Source of the DNA: an uncultured Anaerolineaceae bacterium
GTDB taxonomy: Bacteria > Chloroflexota > Limnocylindria > Limnocylindrales > CSP1-4
Assembly: GCA_964427285.1 (NCBI GenBank)
Contig: CAYRTS010000005.1
Coordinates: forward strand, 3,646 to 67,645
DNA length: 64,000 bases
Direction: 5' to 3'
Shown here: piece by piece, positions 18,137 through 27,638 of the stretch
How the letters are laid out: each line of letters starts with the position of its first letter
How positions within the stretch are numbered: position 1 is the first letter of the stretch
The notes under the pieces: model-generated
What the model was told of the DNA's origin: nothing
Database searches by the model: none
What the model saw: the letters and a program-made list of their open reading frames with translations, nothing else
Translations under genes and position numbers: made by a program

Positions 18137-19764
18137 CGTTGAACTCCGGCCGCGACCGTCGCGGGCGCGACGATCCGGGCGGCCAGCCGGGCGGCCCGGG
18201 CGTTGCTCGGGGCGAGGATGACGCCGGCCTGGGCAAGGCGAGCCTCCTGGGCAGCGAGGCCCTGCGGGTCACCACTCGTCCCGCACACCGAGGCGATAAC
18301 GGCAAATCGGCGCCCCTGCCGGGCGGCTTCCGCCCGGGCAGCGTCGATCGCGCCCGCGAGATCGCCGGCGGGGTCCGGGTTGGAGCCATAGCCGATGACG
18401 ACGTCGAGCAGGATGACCGCGGTGGATGGATCGCTGGCCGCGGCCGCGAGGTGTTCGTTCCGAAGGCGCGGATCGATCATCGGGTGCGGTCGACCGACGG
18501 TGTACTCGTCGTCGCCGAGGTCGACGACCTCGTGGCGCTTGGCCGCGTCCGCCCCCAGCGAGGCGCGCAGGACGAGCTTTGCCTCCCCGGCCAGCGAGCC
18601 GCCGCTGTACAGGCCGCGAATTCGCCACTGCCCGGGATCCAGGGCGGCCTTCGCCTGGCGAACGGCGAATGACCCGGCCCCATGCTGCCCGGCGTCGGCT
18701 GCGTCGGCTGCGTCGTCCGACGCATGGGGCGCGGCCGCGTCTGGCGCCTCGGGCGTGTCCGCGCCGGGGCCATCGTCCGCGCCCAGGCTGTCATCAACGG
18801 GCACCGGGCGTCCCAGCGCCATCGCGCTGGCGATCGCGGCGGCCGCCTCAAAGGTCGCGGCGGGAATTGATCCGGCAGCGGTCACGATCGCCGGGTCGCC
18901 GCCCAGGAAGTTCACAATGACCGGCTTGGCGATGCTGCCTGCCGCGGCCAGGACCCGCTCCGCGACGGCCGCCGCCGGTGGCTTCGAGATGAGGACGATC
19001 AGATCCGTGGCCGGATCGGCCGCCAGCCGCTCCAGGGCGGCCAGCATCATCACGCCACCGACCCGCTCATCGAGGTCGCGCCCGCCGACACCGATCGCCT
19101 GGGACACGCCGGCGCCAAAGCGGTCGATCAGGCAACTCACCTGTTGCAGGCCGGTGCCCGACGCGCCGATCAACCCGATCGAGCCCCGCCGCACGGCGTT
19201 GGCGAACCCGAGCGGAACCCCGTCGACGATCGCCGTGCCGCAGTCCGGGCCCATGACGAGCAGGCCCCTGGCGCGAGCGAGCGCCTTCAATTCGATCTCG
19301 TCCTCGATCGGGACGTTGTCGCTGAACAGGAAGACATGGAGACCTCGCTTGAGAGCCTTGAGCGCCTCCGCAGTGGCATAGGTCCCCGGCGTGGAGATGA
19401 GGGCGAGATTGGCCGTGCCAAGCTCGACCGTGGCCTCGGCGATCGTCCGGACCGTCGTGCCCACCGCCTCGTTTGGGCCTTCGGAGCCCGATCCGGCCAA
19501 TCGCGCCGCAGCCCGATCCAGCGCCTGGGCGACCACGTCCTCGTCGCTTGCCGAGAGCGCCACCACGAGGTCATTCGGCCCGGCTCCGGCAACCGCCTCC
19601 GACAAGAGGCCCGCGGCAGCCAACACCTCCAGATTGGCGGGCGTGGCCATGACCAGGCCCGCCCGATCGACGCCGGCCATCGCCTCGAGTTCGGCGGCGA
19701 TCTGCATCAACTCGACCGAGTCCCGGTAGCTGTTGCGAAACACGCGGGCGTGAACGGTCGCCAT
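18133..19764 (-). CDS. fdrA: FdrA/YahF (AllF-family) acyl-CoA-synthetase-fold protein
   Basis: YRDSVELM, FLFSDNV, MGPDCGT, GASGTGLQ, GVGGRDL, ISKPP, YSGGSL and DLGDDEYTVGRPHPMIDP. The start overlaps the upstream stop (TGATG). Confidence 0.92.
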   Translation of the reverse strand: MATVHARVFRNSYRDSVELMQIAAELEAMAGVDRAGLVMATPANLEVLAAAGLLSEAVAGAGPNDLVVALSASDEDVVAQALDRAAARLAGSGSEGPNEAVGTTVRTIAEATVELGTANLALISTPGTYATAEALKALKRGLHVFLFSDNVPIEDEIELKALARARGLLVMGPDCGTAIVDGVPLGFANAVRRGSIGLIGASGTGLQQVSCLIDRFGAGVSQAIGVGGRDLDERVGGVMMLAALERLAADPATDLIVLISKPPAAAVAERVLAAAGSIAKPVIVNFLGGDPAIVTAAGSIPAATFEAAAAIASAMALGRPVPVDDSLGADDGPGADTPEAPDAAAPHASDDAADAADAGQHGAGSFAVRQAKAALDPGQWRIRGLYSGGSLAGEAKLVLRASLGADAAKRHEVVDLGDDEYTVGRPHPMIDPRLRNEHLAAAASDPSTAVILLDVVIGYGSNPDPAGDLAGAIDAARAEAARQGRRFAVIASVCGTSGDPQGLAAQEARLAQAGVILAPSNARAARLAARIVAPATVAAGVQR

Positions 19765-20687
19765 CAGCCGGCCCATCGTCCGGGCTCGCTGGCGACGTCC
19801 AGTCCGAGCAGGACTCCCAGCAGGCAGTCCGTACCGGACGTTGCCCCCCAAGCGATGGCCCGTTGAATGGCGGCGGGGACTGCCTCATCTGCATGACCGA
19901 GGAGCGCCGCCAGCAATGCCTGGATCCGCTCCGCGAACTCGCCTGCCGCGGCATGGCGCAGCAGCGTGGCCGCGATGACGGTCGTCCGATCGTCAACGTC
20001 GTGGATCGCACCGCCAACGAAGCCCGCCAGCGGGCCGTCCAAAGCACGAAGAGCCGCTTCGACGCCTACCAGGACGTCATCCCCCGACGGGGTGAGGCCC
20101 GGTCCCAGGCCGATCAGCCCTCGTGCGGCACGATGGGCTGCCGGGCGATTGCCCGCCAACAGGGACGCTCGCAACGCGTCGACGCTGGCGCCGGCCCGTC
20201 GGACAACGCCAGGGTCATCTGCGCTGGGCGAACCCGCCCCGAGCAGCGCGCCCAGACCGCCCGGGACGGCCCGAGCGCGAGCCTCCGCCCAGGCGACTCC
20301 CCGCCGACCGCGCCACCGGTCGGCGGCCCGGGACAGCCCCCCGTCGGGACATGCCAGCCGCGCTGACCAGCGGGCGGCCGCCATGAGGTCAATCTCAAGC
20401 CCGATGGCCGGGACGCCGACCGACATGTCCGTCGCGACGACCCCCATCCCGCGCCTCAGGCCGAGCGCCCGGAAATCCGGCCCGAGGTCGACCAGAATCC
20501 CGTTGGGCAGACCACCGAGCCACGGCGCGGCAAGGCACAGCAGCCCGTCCGGGATCGAGACATTGACCACCGACCGGTAGACGCTGTGGATCCTGGCGGC
20601 GGGCGGAACGCCCGCGGCGATGCGGCGCGCAACGGCATCGCTGAGGCCCGTGGCGGCATGGGTGCGGGTCGGCCAGGTTGCCAGCAT
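19764..20687 (-). CDS. DUF2877 protein (YahE/YlbF/AllH family)
   Basis: IHSVYRSVVN, LIGLGPGLTPSGDDVLVG and WGATSGTDCLLG. Confidence 0.88.
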   Translation of the reverse strand: MLATWPTRTHAATGLSDAVARRIAAGVPPAARIHSVYRSVVNVSIPDGLLCLAAPWLGGLPNGILVDLGPDFRALGLRRGMGVVATDMSVGVPAIGLEIDLMAAARWSARLACPDGGLSRAADRWRGRRGVAWAEARARAVPGGLGALLGAGSPSADDPGVVRRAGASVDALRASLLAGNRPAAHRAARGLIGLGPGLTPSGDDVLVGVEAALRALDGPLAGFVGGAIHDVDDRTTVIAATLLRHAAAGEFAERIQALLAALLGHADEAVPAAIQRAIAWGATSGTDCLLGVLLGLDVASEPGRWAG

Positions 20688-20696
20688 CTGCCGGAC

Positions 20697-20725
20697 ATCG
20701 TACGAACAGTGTTGCGCCCCGTCAC
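20697..20725 (-). promoter_or_regulatory. Promoter of the DUF2877-fdrA operon: GTGACG-N17-TACGAT
   Basis: -10 TACGAT at 20697-20702 and -35 GTGACG at 20720-20725. ATG lies 9 nt downstream with no RBS. Confidence 0.55.
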
Positions 20726-20741
20726 TGTCCGATATCCACAT
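20725..20741. promoter_or_regulatory. Candidate PucR-family operator CTGTCC-N5-CCACAT
   Basis: TGT-N9-ACA geometry like the B. subtilis PutR box TTGTGG-N5-CCACAA. It lies between the two divergent -35 boxes. Confidence 0.45.
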
Positions 20742-20770
20742 TGACACAGCGCACGACTGTCGAGTATCCA
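20741..20770 (+). promoter_or_regulatory. Candidate promoter of the PucR-family regulator: TTGACA-N18-TATCCA
   Basis: Consensus -35 and imperfect -10. ATG lies 7 nt downstream. Confidence 0.4.
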
Positions 20771-20777
20771 TAGGGCA

Positions 20778-22373
20778 ATGCTCGATGGCGTACTGCTCGG
20801 CGACGTCCTGCGCCTTCCGACGTTGGCGCGGGCCAACGTCGTTGGCGGCAACGCCGGCCTACGACGACCCGTTCGCGGCGTCAACGTCATGGAGGTGCCG
20901 GACATCCTCGAATGGGTGAAACCGGACGAGCTGCTGCTGACCACGGCCTACCCGCTGCGAGATGATCCCGTGGCGCTCGCCGCGCTCATCCCCCACCTCG
21001 CCGAACGGGGCCTGGCCGGCATCGCGCTCAAGCCCGGCCGGTACATCAAGACCATTCCCGCGTCCATGGTCGAGGCGGCCGATCGCCACGACTTTGCGCT
21101 CATTGAGCTTCCCCCCGAAGCGTCGTTCAACGAGATCATCAAGTCCGTCCTCACGGTCATCCTCGATGCCCAGGCGGTCCGGTTGCAGCGGTCGGCTGCG
21201 ATCCACGACCGGTTCACCAGCATCGCCCTGTCGGGCGGTGGCCTCCGGCAGATCGCCGAGGCACTGGCCGAGCTCATCGCGCGACCGGTCGCGATCGTCG
21301 ATGCCCAGGGGATCGTGCAATGGCGTACCTCGGATGAAGCGCCGATGTCGGGTGGCGCGGACGGCCCTGGGCCGCGAGCCATCGTCCAGCCGATCCAGGT
21401 CGGCATTGAGCGATACGGCGCCATCCTCGTTCCCAGCGGCGAGGCGGATCTCGGGCCGGACCGTTTGGAAGCGATCGAATACGCCGCCACCGTCGCGGCC
21501 CTTCGCCAGGTCCAGACCCGCGCTGTCGCGGAGGCCGATCGCCGATTCCAGGCGGTGTGTCTCGAGGAGCTGATCACCGGGCATGTCACGGATCGCAGCG
21601 TCCTGATGGAGCGGGCCGCTGCATTCGCCTGGGACCTGGCCACACCGCGGGCGGTCCTCCTGGCGGAAATCGAGGTGATCGCGGGGCGGCCGTTCTCGGC
21701 CCTGGCCGGCACCCCCGAGGAGGCCGCGTTTCGCCATCGGCTGGCCGAGGCCGCGCGGGCCAGTCTCGGACCGACGGCGATCATCTGGGAGCGGAGTCGC
21801 GAGATCGGGGCGCTGATTTCGGCCGGCACACCGACCGGAACGGGCGGTCACGACCAGCGCTGGCGCGCCGGACCCGCCCAGTTGCGCGAGATTGGTGCGG
21901 CACTCCAAACCGAGGCCGGCCGGCGCCTACCCGGTGCGGTCGTCAGCGTCGGGATCGGCCGGCCGGCCCCCGACCCGCTCGACCTCCACGGATCGTTCAG
22001 TCAGGCTCGACGGGCATTGACCATCGGCCGCTGGGGAAGCGGACCCGGCGTCGTGACTGCGTTCGACGATCTCGGGCTGGACCGGCTCCTGGTGGCCGTT
22101 CCGGATCCGGAAGCCGCCGCCTTCTGCGCCGCGGTCCTGGGGCCGCTTGAGGTCTACGATGCGGCTCGCGGGACCAGCCTCGTGGCGACTCTGGAGACAT
22201 TCCTGGCGACGCGCAATGCGGCCCTCGCCGCGCGCAGCCTGTACCTCCACTACAACACGCTCAAGAACCGCCTGGCCAGGATCGAGGAGATCATCGGGCC
22301 ATACCTCGACGACCCGGACCGGTGCCTCAGCCTCGCGCTGGCGCTGCGCCTCCGACGGCTGCCGGCCTCGTAG
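20778..22373 (+). CDS. PucR-family transcriptional regulator
   Basis: N-terminal purine-catabolism sensing domain ([36 protein letters not shown]), a GGDEF-like middle, and C-terminal [21 protein letters not shown]. Confidence 0.93.
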   Translation: MLDGVLLGDVLRLPTLARANVVGGNAGLRRPVRGVNVMEVPDILEWVKPDELLLTTAYPLRDDPVALAALIPHLAERGLAGIALKPGRYIKTIPASMVEAADRHDFALIELPPEASFNEIIKSVLTVILDAQAVRLQRSAAIHDRFTSIALSGGGLRQIAEALAELIARPVAIVDAQGIVQWRTSDEAPMSGGADGPGPRAIVQPIQVGIERYGAILVPSGEADLGPDRLEAIEYAATVAALRQVQTRAVAEADRRFQAVCLEELITGHVTDRSVLMERAAAFAWDLATPRAVLLAEIEVIAGRPFSALAGTPEEAAFRHRLAEAARASLGPTAIIWERSREIGALISAGTPTGTGGHDQRWRAGPAQLREIGAALQTEAGRRLPGAVVSVGIGRPAPDPLDLHGSFSQARRALTIGRWGSGPGVVTAFDDLGLDRLLVAVPDPEAAAFCAAVLGPLEVYDAARGTSLVATLETFLATRNAALAARSLYLHYNTLKNRLARIEEIIGPYLDDPDRCLSLALALRLRRLPAS

Positions 22374-22902
22374 GGGCACCAAGCTCCACCTCGTCGACGC
22401 CGTCGATCTCCGTGACGTGCACGTTCACCCGCTCGGCCGGGGCGGTGGGCAGGTTGCGGCCAACGTGGTCGGCCCGGATCGGAAGCTCGCGATGGCCGCG
22501 ATCGACGAGCACCGCCAGCCGGATCGCCAGTGGGCGCCCAAAATCGGTCAATGCGTCCATCGCCGCCCGGATCGTACGACCCGTAAACAGGACGTCATCG
22601 ACCAGGACGACCGTGCGCTCGTTGATGTCAAACGGCAGCTCTGTCGAGCGCACGATGGGGTAGGTCGCGACCTCCGAGAGATCGTCCCGATAGAGCGCGA
22701 TGTCGAGCGCACCTACCGGCAATCGGACACGGTCGGATTTCTCGATCGCGTCGGCCATGCGCCTGGCCAGCACGACACCACGTCGCTGGATCCCGATCAG
22801 GACCAGACCGTCCGGGCCGCCGTGGCGCTCGACGATTTCGTGGCCGAGTCGCACCACCGCGCGGTGGATCTGGTCCGCATCCATCACCGACCGTGCTGAC
22901 AT
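22327..22902 (-). CDS. pyrR: Bifunctional pyr attenuation regulator / uracil phosphoribosyltransferase
   Basis: [19 protein letters not shown] motif [17 protein letters not shown] and [24 protein letters not shown]. Confidence 0.95.
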   Translation of the reverse strand: MSARSVMDADQIHRAVVRLGHEIVERHGGPDGLVLIGIQRRGVVLARRMADAIEKSDRVRLPVGALDIALYRDDLSEVATYPIVRSTELPFDINERTVVLVDDVLFTGRTIRAAMDALTDFGRPLAIRLAVLVDRGHRELPIRADHVGRNLPTAPAERVNVHVTEIDGVDEVELGAPTRPAAVGGAAPARG

Positions 22903-23081
22903 CGGGCCGCCTCCAATGCGCGAAGCGCGGAGCGTAGTCGTGAATAGCGGCCGGGGCAAGGAGAAGCCCGGCTGACCGATGTGGGGCCCTGCCACCGACA
23001 GGGAACATGCGCCGCGCCTCCGGAGTCTCTCCGCACACGGACCGACCCATCCTGCGTCGGCCGACCACAGGAGGATCGACG

Positions 23082-24152
23082 ATGACCCGATCGATCAGCC
23101 GAACCGGTGCCGCGATGATCCGAGCCGCCGGTGTCGCCCTTGTCGCAATTGCCCTCTCGGCGGCTCCAGCCCTCGCCTGCGGAGGACTCATCGGGCCAAA
23201 CGGCGCGGTCAACCTGATCCGCACGACGACACTGGCGGGCTACCACAACGGCGAAGAGCATTACATCACCGCATTCCAGTTTGCCGGGGGCGGGGGCTCA
23301 TTTGGCTCCCTGACGCCACTTCCAGGGATCCCGTCGAAGGTCGAGAAGGGCGGTGACTGGACCCTCCAGCGTCTGATCCAGGAAACCGAGCCGCAATTCG
23401 ATCGCGCCTTTCTCGCGGCCGAAGCCGCGCCACCCGCCGGTTCGGCCGAGGAGCTGATGAAGGTCCGGATCGACGCCCTCGACATCACGGTGCTGCGCGG
23501 CGGTCCCGCCGAGGTTGGCCGGTGGGCCACCGATCATGGCTTCCGCCTCCCGCCGGACTCGCCCGAAGTGCTCGACTTCTACGCTGCGCGCTCCCCGATC
23601 TTCCTGGCTGCGGTCTTCGACGCCGATGTGGCGGCCGAGCGAGGCCAGGGTATCGGTGATGGCACCCCTGTCCACATCACGATCCCGACGGACAACCCGT
23701 GGGTTCCGCTCCGCATCCTGGCGCTCGGCAAGGGCGAAGCCGAGCGCGTCGAAGCGGATGTCTACCTGCTGACGGACCGCGTCCCGGCGCTGCTGCCAAC
23801 TCCGACCGGTGACAACGGTCTGCAGCTGGGCCACAGCGCCTCCGCCACCGAATCGCTCCTGGCCGACCTACGCTCGGATCGGGGCATGGAATGGGTACCC
23901 GAGTCGGCCTGGCTGACCAAGGTCCGGATCGATGCCGCCGCGCCACAGCTGGCCTTTGACCTCGCGATCGACGCGTCTGGCGCCCGACAACCGTCGCGGG
24001 TCATGGCCGGGCTCGACCTTCCGGGGTCGGTGACTGTCCCGGACCGGTCGACGGATTTCGCGCGGATCTTCATCGCCTTGATGTTCATGGTCGTCGGGAT
24101 CGGCGGAATTGCGTACCTGCTGACCCGCCGCCCACCATGGACGACGGCCTGA
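23082..24152 (+). CDS. DUF2330-like exported protein with a C-terminal TM anchor
   Basis: Signal peptide ending ALA-CGG, and [11 protein letters not shown] pattern. AGGAGG RBS. Confidence 0.65.
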   Translation: MTRSISRTGAAMIRAAGVALVAIALSAAPALACGGLIGPNGAVNLIRTTTLAGYHNGEEHYITAFQFAGGGGSFGSLTPLPGIPSKVEKGGDWTLQRLIQETEPQFDRAFLAAEAAPPAGSAEELMKVRIDALDITVLRGGPAEVGRWATDHGFRLPPDSPEVLDFYAARSPIFLAAVFDADVAAERGQGIGDGTPVHITIPTDNPWVPLRILALGKGEAERVEADVYLLTDRVPALLPTPTGDNGLQLGHSASATESLLADLRSDRGMEWVPESAWLTKVRIDAAAPQLAFDLAIDASGARQPSRVMAGLDLPGSVTVPDRSTDFARIFIALMFMVVGIGGIAYLLTRRPPWTTA

Positions 24153-24176
24153 ATCGGACGCCTTGAGAGTCGGGGC

Positions 24177-24626
24177 ATGAGCGCGCATCGCCGGCCAGGA
24201 CGGCTTGCCCTGGTCGGTGGCCTGGCCCTTGCGCTTGGGTTGACCGGGATAGCCATCGCCTGGGCCGACGGGCCGGGGCGCGGGCCGGGTCGTGACCCGA
24301 TCATCGTTGAGATCCCCATCCGCTACTCCCGGTTCGAGCGTGTCGAGGTGACCGTGCCGGTAGGCACGCCCGTGACCATCGTGCTGCGCAACGGCGACCC
24401 GATCGACCACGAGTGGATCGTTGGTGACGCGGCTGTCCACGAGCGGCACCGCAGCGGGACCGAACCCGTTCACGCCTCGCGACCGACGGAGCTGACGGTC
24501 GGGGCAGGCTCGACCGCCGTGACGACGATCACGTTCACCAAGCCCGGCACGTATCAGTTCATCTGTCACCTGCCCGGACACGAGGCCTATGGCATGGTCG
24601 GCACGCTTCGAGTCACGGGCGGCTAG
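24177..24626 (+). CDS. Cupredoxin (plastocyanin/azurin-type) copper-binding protein
   Basis: Signal peptide, IDHEW, and type-1 Cu loop CHLPGHEAYGM. Confidence 0.88.
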   Translation: MSAHRRPGRLALVGGLALALGLTGIAIAWADGPGRGPGRDPIIVEIPIRYSRFERVEVTVPVGTPVTIVLRNGDPIDHEWIVGDAAVHERHRSGTEPVHASRPTELTVGAGSTAVTTITFTKPGTYQFICHLPGHEAYGMVGTLRVTGG

Positions 24627-24712
24627 AGCCAGCTGCGCCCGCCCTGACGCTCGGTCGGCTTAATCGCCCGGAACGTGACACCAGGACGTGATCCGCCGCT
24701 ATCCTCGACGCG

Positions 24713-26464
24713 ATGCGGCCACTCCCCTCCCCGTACGACGAGATCGCCGCCGGTCGAGCGGCCCACGTCGCCCTGACCGGTCCCGCCCTGCTGGGCAACC
24801 GGTTGCTGACCAAGGACCTGGCATTCCCACCAGACGAGCGCGACACGTTCCGGTTGCGCGGGCTGCTGCCGGATCGTGTTCTCACGATCGACCAACAGGT
24901 CGAGCTCGAGCTGGAGCATCTCCGGCGCAAGGAGGACGCCCTTGAGCGCTACATCGGGCTGGCCGCACTCCAGGATCGCAACGCCACGCTGTTCTATCGA
25001 CTCCTTGCGGAACACCTCGGCGAATTCATGCCCATCGTGTACACGCCCACGGTCGGACGCGCGTGCCAGGAATTCAGCCACATCATCCGGCGAACCCGCG
25101 GCGTCTGGATCACCCCGGCCGACTGCGACCGGATCCCGGTTTTGCTGCGCCAGGGACCGTACGAGGACGTCCGCCTGATCGTGGTCACCGACAACGAACG
25201 GATCCTCGGCCTGGGCGATCTCGGTGCCGGCGGCATGGCCATTCCGATTGGCAAGTTGGCGCTCTATACCGCGGCGTGCGGGATCCACCCGGCGCTGACG
25301 CTCCCGATCTCGCTCGACGTCGGGACGGACAACGAGGCCCTCCTGGCGGACCCGCTCTACCTGGGCTATCGAGCGCCTCGCCTCCGTGGGCCAGCCTACG
25401 ACGCGCTCGTGGAGGCGTTCGTGGACGCGGTGGCCGAGGTCTGGCCTGGTTGCGTGATCCAGTGGGAGGACTTCAAACAGAACAACGCCCTGCGCATTCT
25501 CGATCGCTACGAGTCGCGCGTTCCGTCCTTCAACGACGACGTCCAGGGGACGGCCGCGGTCGTCGTCGCGGGAATTCTGGCCGCAGTCCGGGCATCGCAG
25601 ACCACACTGGGCGAGACGCGGATCGTCCTGGCCGGAGCGGGCGCCGCCGGGGTCGGGATCGCGCGGCTGATCCGCCTGGCGATGCTCGAAGCGAACGTGG
25701 ACGACCAGACCATTCGGCGAGCGATGGTGGCCGTCGATTCGCGAGGGCTGGTCGGTGCGTGGCGGTCTGACCTCGACGAGACAAAGCGCGAACTCGCGCT
25801 GCCCACCGAGGCCGCGCTGACGGTTGGGTTCACCCCAGGTGAGGGGACGGCCCTCCCAGGGCTGGTCGAGACGATCGAGCGCGTCCGCCCGGCGATGCTC
25901 GTGGGCACGACCGGCGTGGGCGGCGCCTTCGACCAAGCGGTCATTCGCGCGATGGCCGCGAGCTCTGCCAGGCCGGTGATCCTGCCGCTGTCCAATCCCA
26001 CGTCCAATGCAGAGGCCGTTCCCGTCGATATCCTGGCCTGGAGTGACGGGCGTGCGTTGGTCGCGACCGGGTCTCCATTCGATGCGGTCGAGGTCGACGG
26101 TCGCCGACACGAAATCGGCCAGGCCAACAACGTGTTCATCTTCCCGGGTCTGGGCCTGGGCGCGATCACCGCTGAGGCACGAGCCATCACGCCGCGGATG
26201 TTCCTTCTGGCGGCACAGACGCTCGCCGGCTTCGTGACCGATGAGCGCCTGGCCAGCGGCGCGCTCTATCCGCCGGTCGACGATCTGCGGGTCGTCTCCC
26301 GGGCGATCGCGGTTGCGGTGGCTCGCGAGGCAGTGGATGCGGGCCTGGCCGGGATCGACTCGGCAACCGACATCGAGGCCCTGGTGGACAGCGCGATGTG
26401 GTGGCCCGAATACGTGCCGTATCTGCCGGCCCGAACCGCTGAGCGTCGACGAAGGAGCGAGTGA
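24713..26464 (+). CDS. maeA: NAD-dependent malic enzyme (MaeA/SfcA type)
   Basis: PIVYTPTVG, VTDNERILGLGD, IQWEDF, FNDDVQGT, GAGAAG, PLSNPT and GQANN. Confidence 0.93.
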   Translation: MRPLPSPYDEIAAGRAAHVALTGPALLGNRLLTKDLAFPPDERDTFRLRGLLPDRVLTIDQQVELELEHLRRKEDALERYIGLAALQDRNATLFYRLLAEHLGEFMPIVYTPTVGRACQEFSHIIRRTRGVWITPADCDRIPVLLRQGPYEDVRLIVVTDNERILGLGDLGAGGMAIPIGKLALYTAACGIHPALTLPISLDVGTDNEALLADPLYLGYRAPRLRGPAYDALVEAFVDAVAEVWPGCVIQWEDFKQNNALRILDRYESRVPSFNDDVQGTAAVVVAGILAAVRASQTTLGETRIVLAGAGAAGVGIARLIRLAMLEANVDDQTIRRAMVAVDSRGLVGAWRSDLDETKRELALPTEAALTVGFTPGEGTALPGLVETIERVRPAMLVGTTGVGGAFDQAVIRAMAASSARPVILPLSNPTSNAEAVPVDILAWSDGRALVATGSPFDAVEVDGRRHEIGQANNVFIFPGLGLGAITAEARAITPRMFLLAAQTLAGFVTDERLASGALYPPVDDLRVVSRAIAVAVAREAVDAGLAGIDSATDIEALVDSAMWWPEYVPYLPARTAERRRRSE

Positions 26465-27573
26465 CGACCACGATCCGGGCGGCAGTCCTGCGAAGAGCCG
26501 GCGACCCATCCGTCATCCAGGATCTCAGCCTGGCCCAGCCTCGCGCGGGGGAGGTGCGGGTGCGAATCCTCGCCTCGGGCGTGTGTCACTCAGACCTGCA
26601 CGTCCGGGATGGCGATTGGCCGCGTCCGCTGCCGATGGCCATGGGCCACGAGGGCGCGGGCGTGGTCGAGGCCGTGGGCCCAGGCGTTCGCTCGCTCGCG
26701 GTCGGGCAACCGGTGGCGCTGTCCTGGCTGGTTTCCTGCGGGGTCTGCCGATCGTGTCGCGGCGGGCGGCCGTGGGCGTGCCTGGATTCGCCCTCCTACC
26801 TCCATCGATTGCCGGACGGCGCCACCGCCCTCACGGGCGCCGATGGCGAACCCGTTCCGTCCTACTGCGGGATCGGCACGATGGCCGAAGCGACCGTCGT
26901 GCCGGAGGCCGCGGCCATCGTCCTGCCCGACGGCGTGGACCCGGCGGTCGCGGCGCTCATCGGCTGCTGCGTGACCACCGGGGTCGGGGCGGTGCTCAAG
27001 ACGGCGGACGTGCCGGCCGGCGCCAGCGTTGCGGTCATCGGGCTCGGCGGTGTCGGGCTGTCCTGCGTGATGGGTGCGGTCATCGCGGGCGCCGCCCGCA
27101 TCGTGGCCATCGACCGGGTCCCGGCCAAGCTGGACACGGCGCGAGCGGTGGGCGCGACGGACGGGCTCGTGGCCACCGACGATGGGCCAGCCACGATCGA
27201 AGCGCTGCGCGAGCTGACCGATGGCGGCCCCGACTTCGTGTTCGAGGCGATCGGTCGCGCAGCGACGATCGAGCTCGCGATCGACTGCCTGCCGCTCGGG
27301 GGGACGGCCGTGCTGGTCGGGCTGACGCCGTTCGACACCCGAACCTCGTTCGGCGCCTATGGGCTGGTCGACGGAAGCCGCCGAATCCTTGGCTCGAACT
27401 ACGGGTTTGCCGATCCGGCCGTGGACTTCCCGCGCTACGCGGCCATGCACCTCGCCGGTCAGCTCCCCGTCGAGCAACTGATCGACCGGCGAATCGGGCT
27501 CGACGACCTCGAAGGGGCCTTCGATCGATTACGCGCCGGGATCGGCCTCCGTCAGGTCGTCGTCTTCGAGTAG
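26461..27573 (+). CDS. Zinc-dependent alcohol dehydrogenase (MDR family)
   Basis: GVCHSD, GHEGAG, structural Zn CGVCRSC..C, and Rossmann GLGGVG. Confidence 0.92.
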   Translation: MTTTIRAAVLRRAGDPSVIQDLSLAQPRAGEVRVRILASGVCHSDLHVRDGDWPRPLPMAMGHEGAGVVEAVGPGVRSLAVGQPVALSWLVSCGVCRSCRGGRPWACLDSPSYLHRLPDGATALTGADGEPVPSYCGIGTMAEATVVPEAAAIVLPDGVDPAVAALIGCCVTTGVGAVLKTADVPAGASVAVIGLGGVGLSCVMGAVIAGAARIVAIDRVPAKLDTARAVGATDGLVATDDGPATIEALRELTDGGPDFVFEAIGRAATIELAIDCLPLGGTAVLVGLTPFDTRTSFGAYGLVDGSRRILGSNYGFADPAVDFPRYAAMHLAGQLPVEQLIDRRIGLDDLEGAFDRLRAGIGLRQVVVFE

Positions 27574-27638
27574 CTCGCGTCGCGCCGTTCCCGTTGTCGC
27601 CCGACGCAGGTCCATCGCGCCACCCGTCGCCGACGTGC

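Noticed and set aside
9325-22373. Mobile element or prophage explaining the accessory block
   Set aside because: No integrase, transposase, att-like repeats or obvious composition shift is visible.
22903-23081. PyrR-binding attenuator upstream of pyrR
   Set aside because: No match to the ARUCCNGNGAGGYU loop and no terminator/antiterminator with a U-tract.
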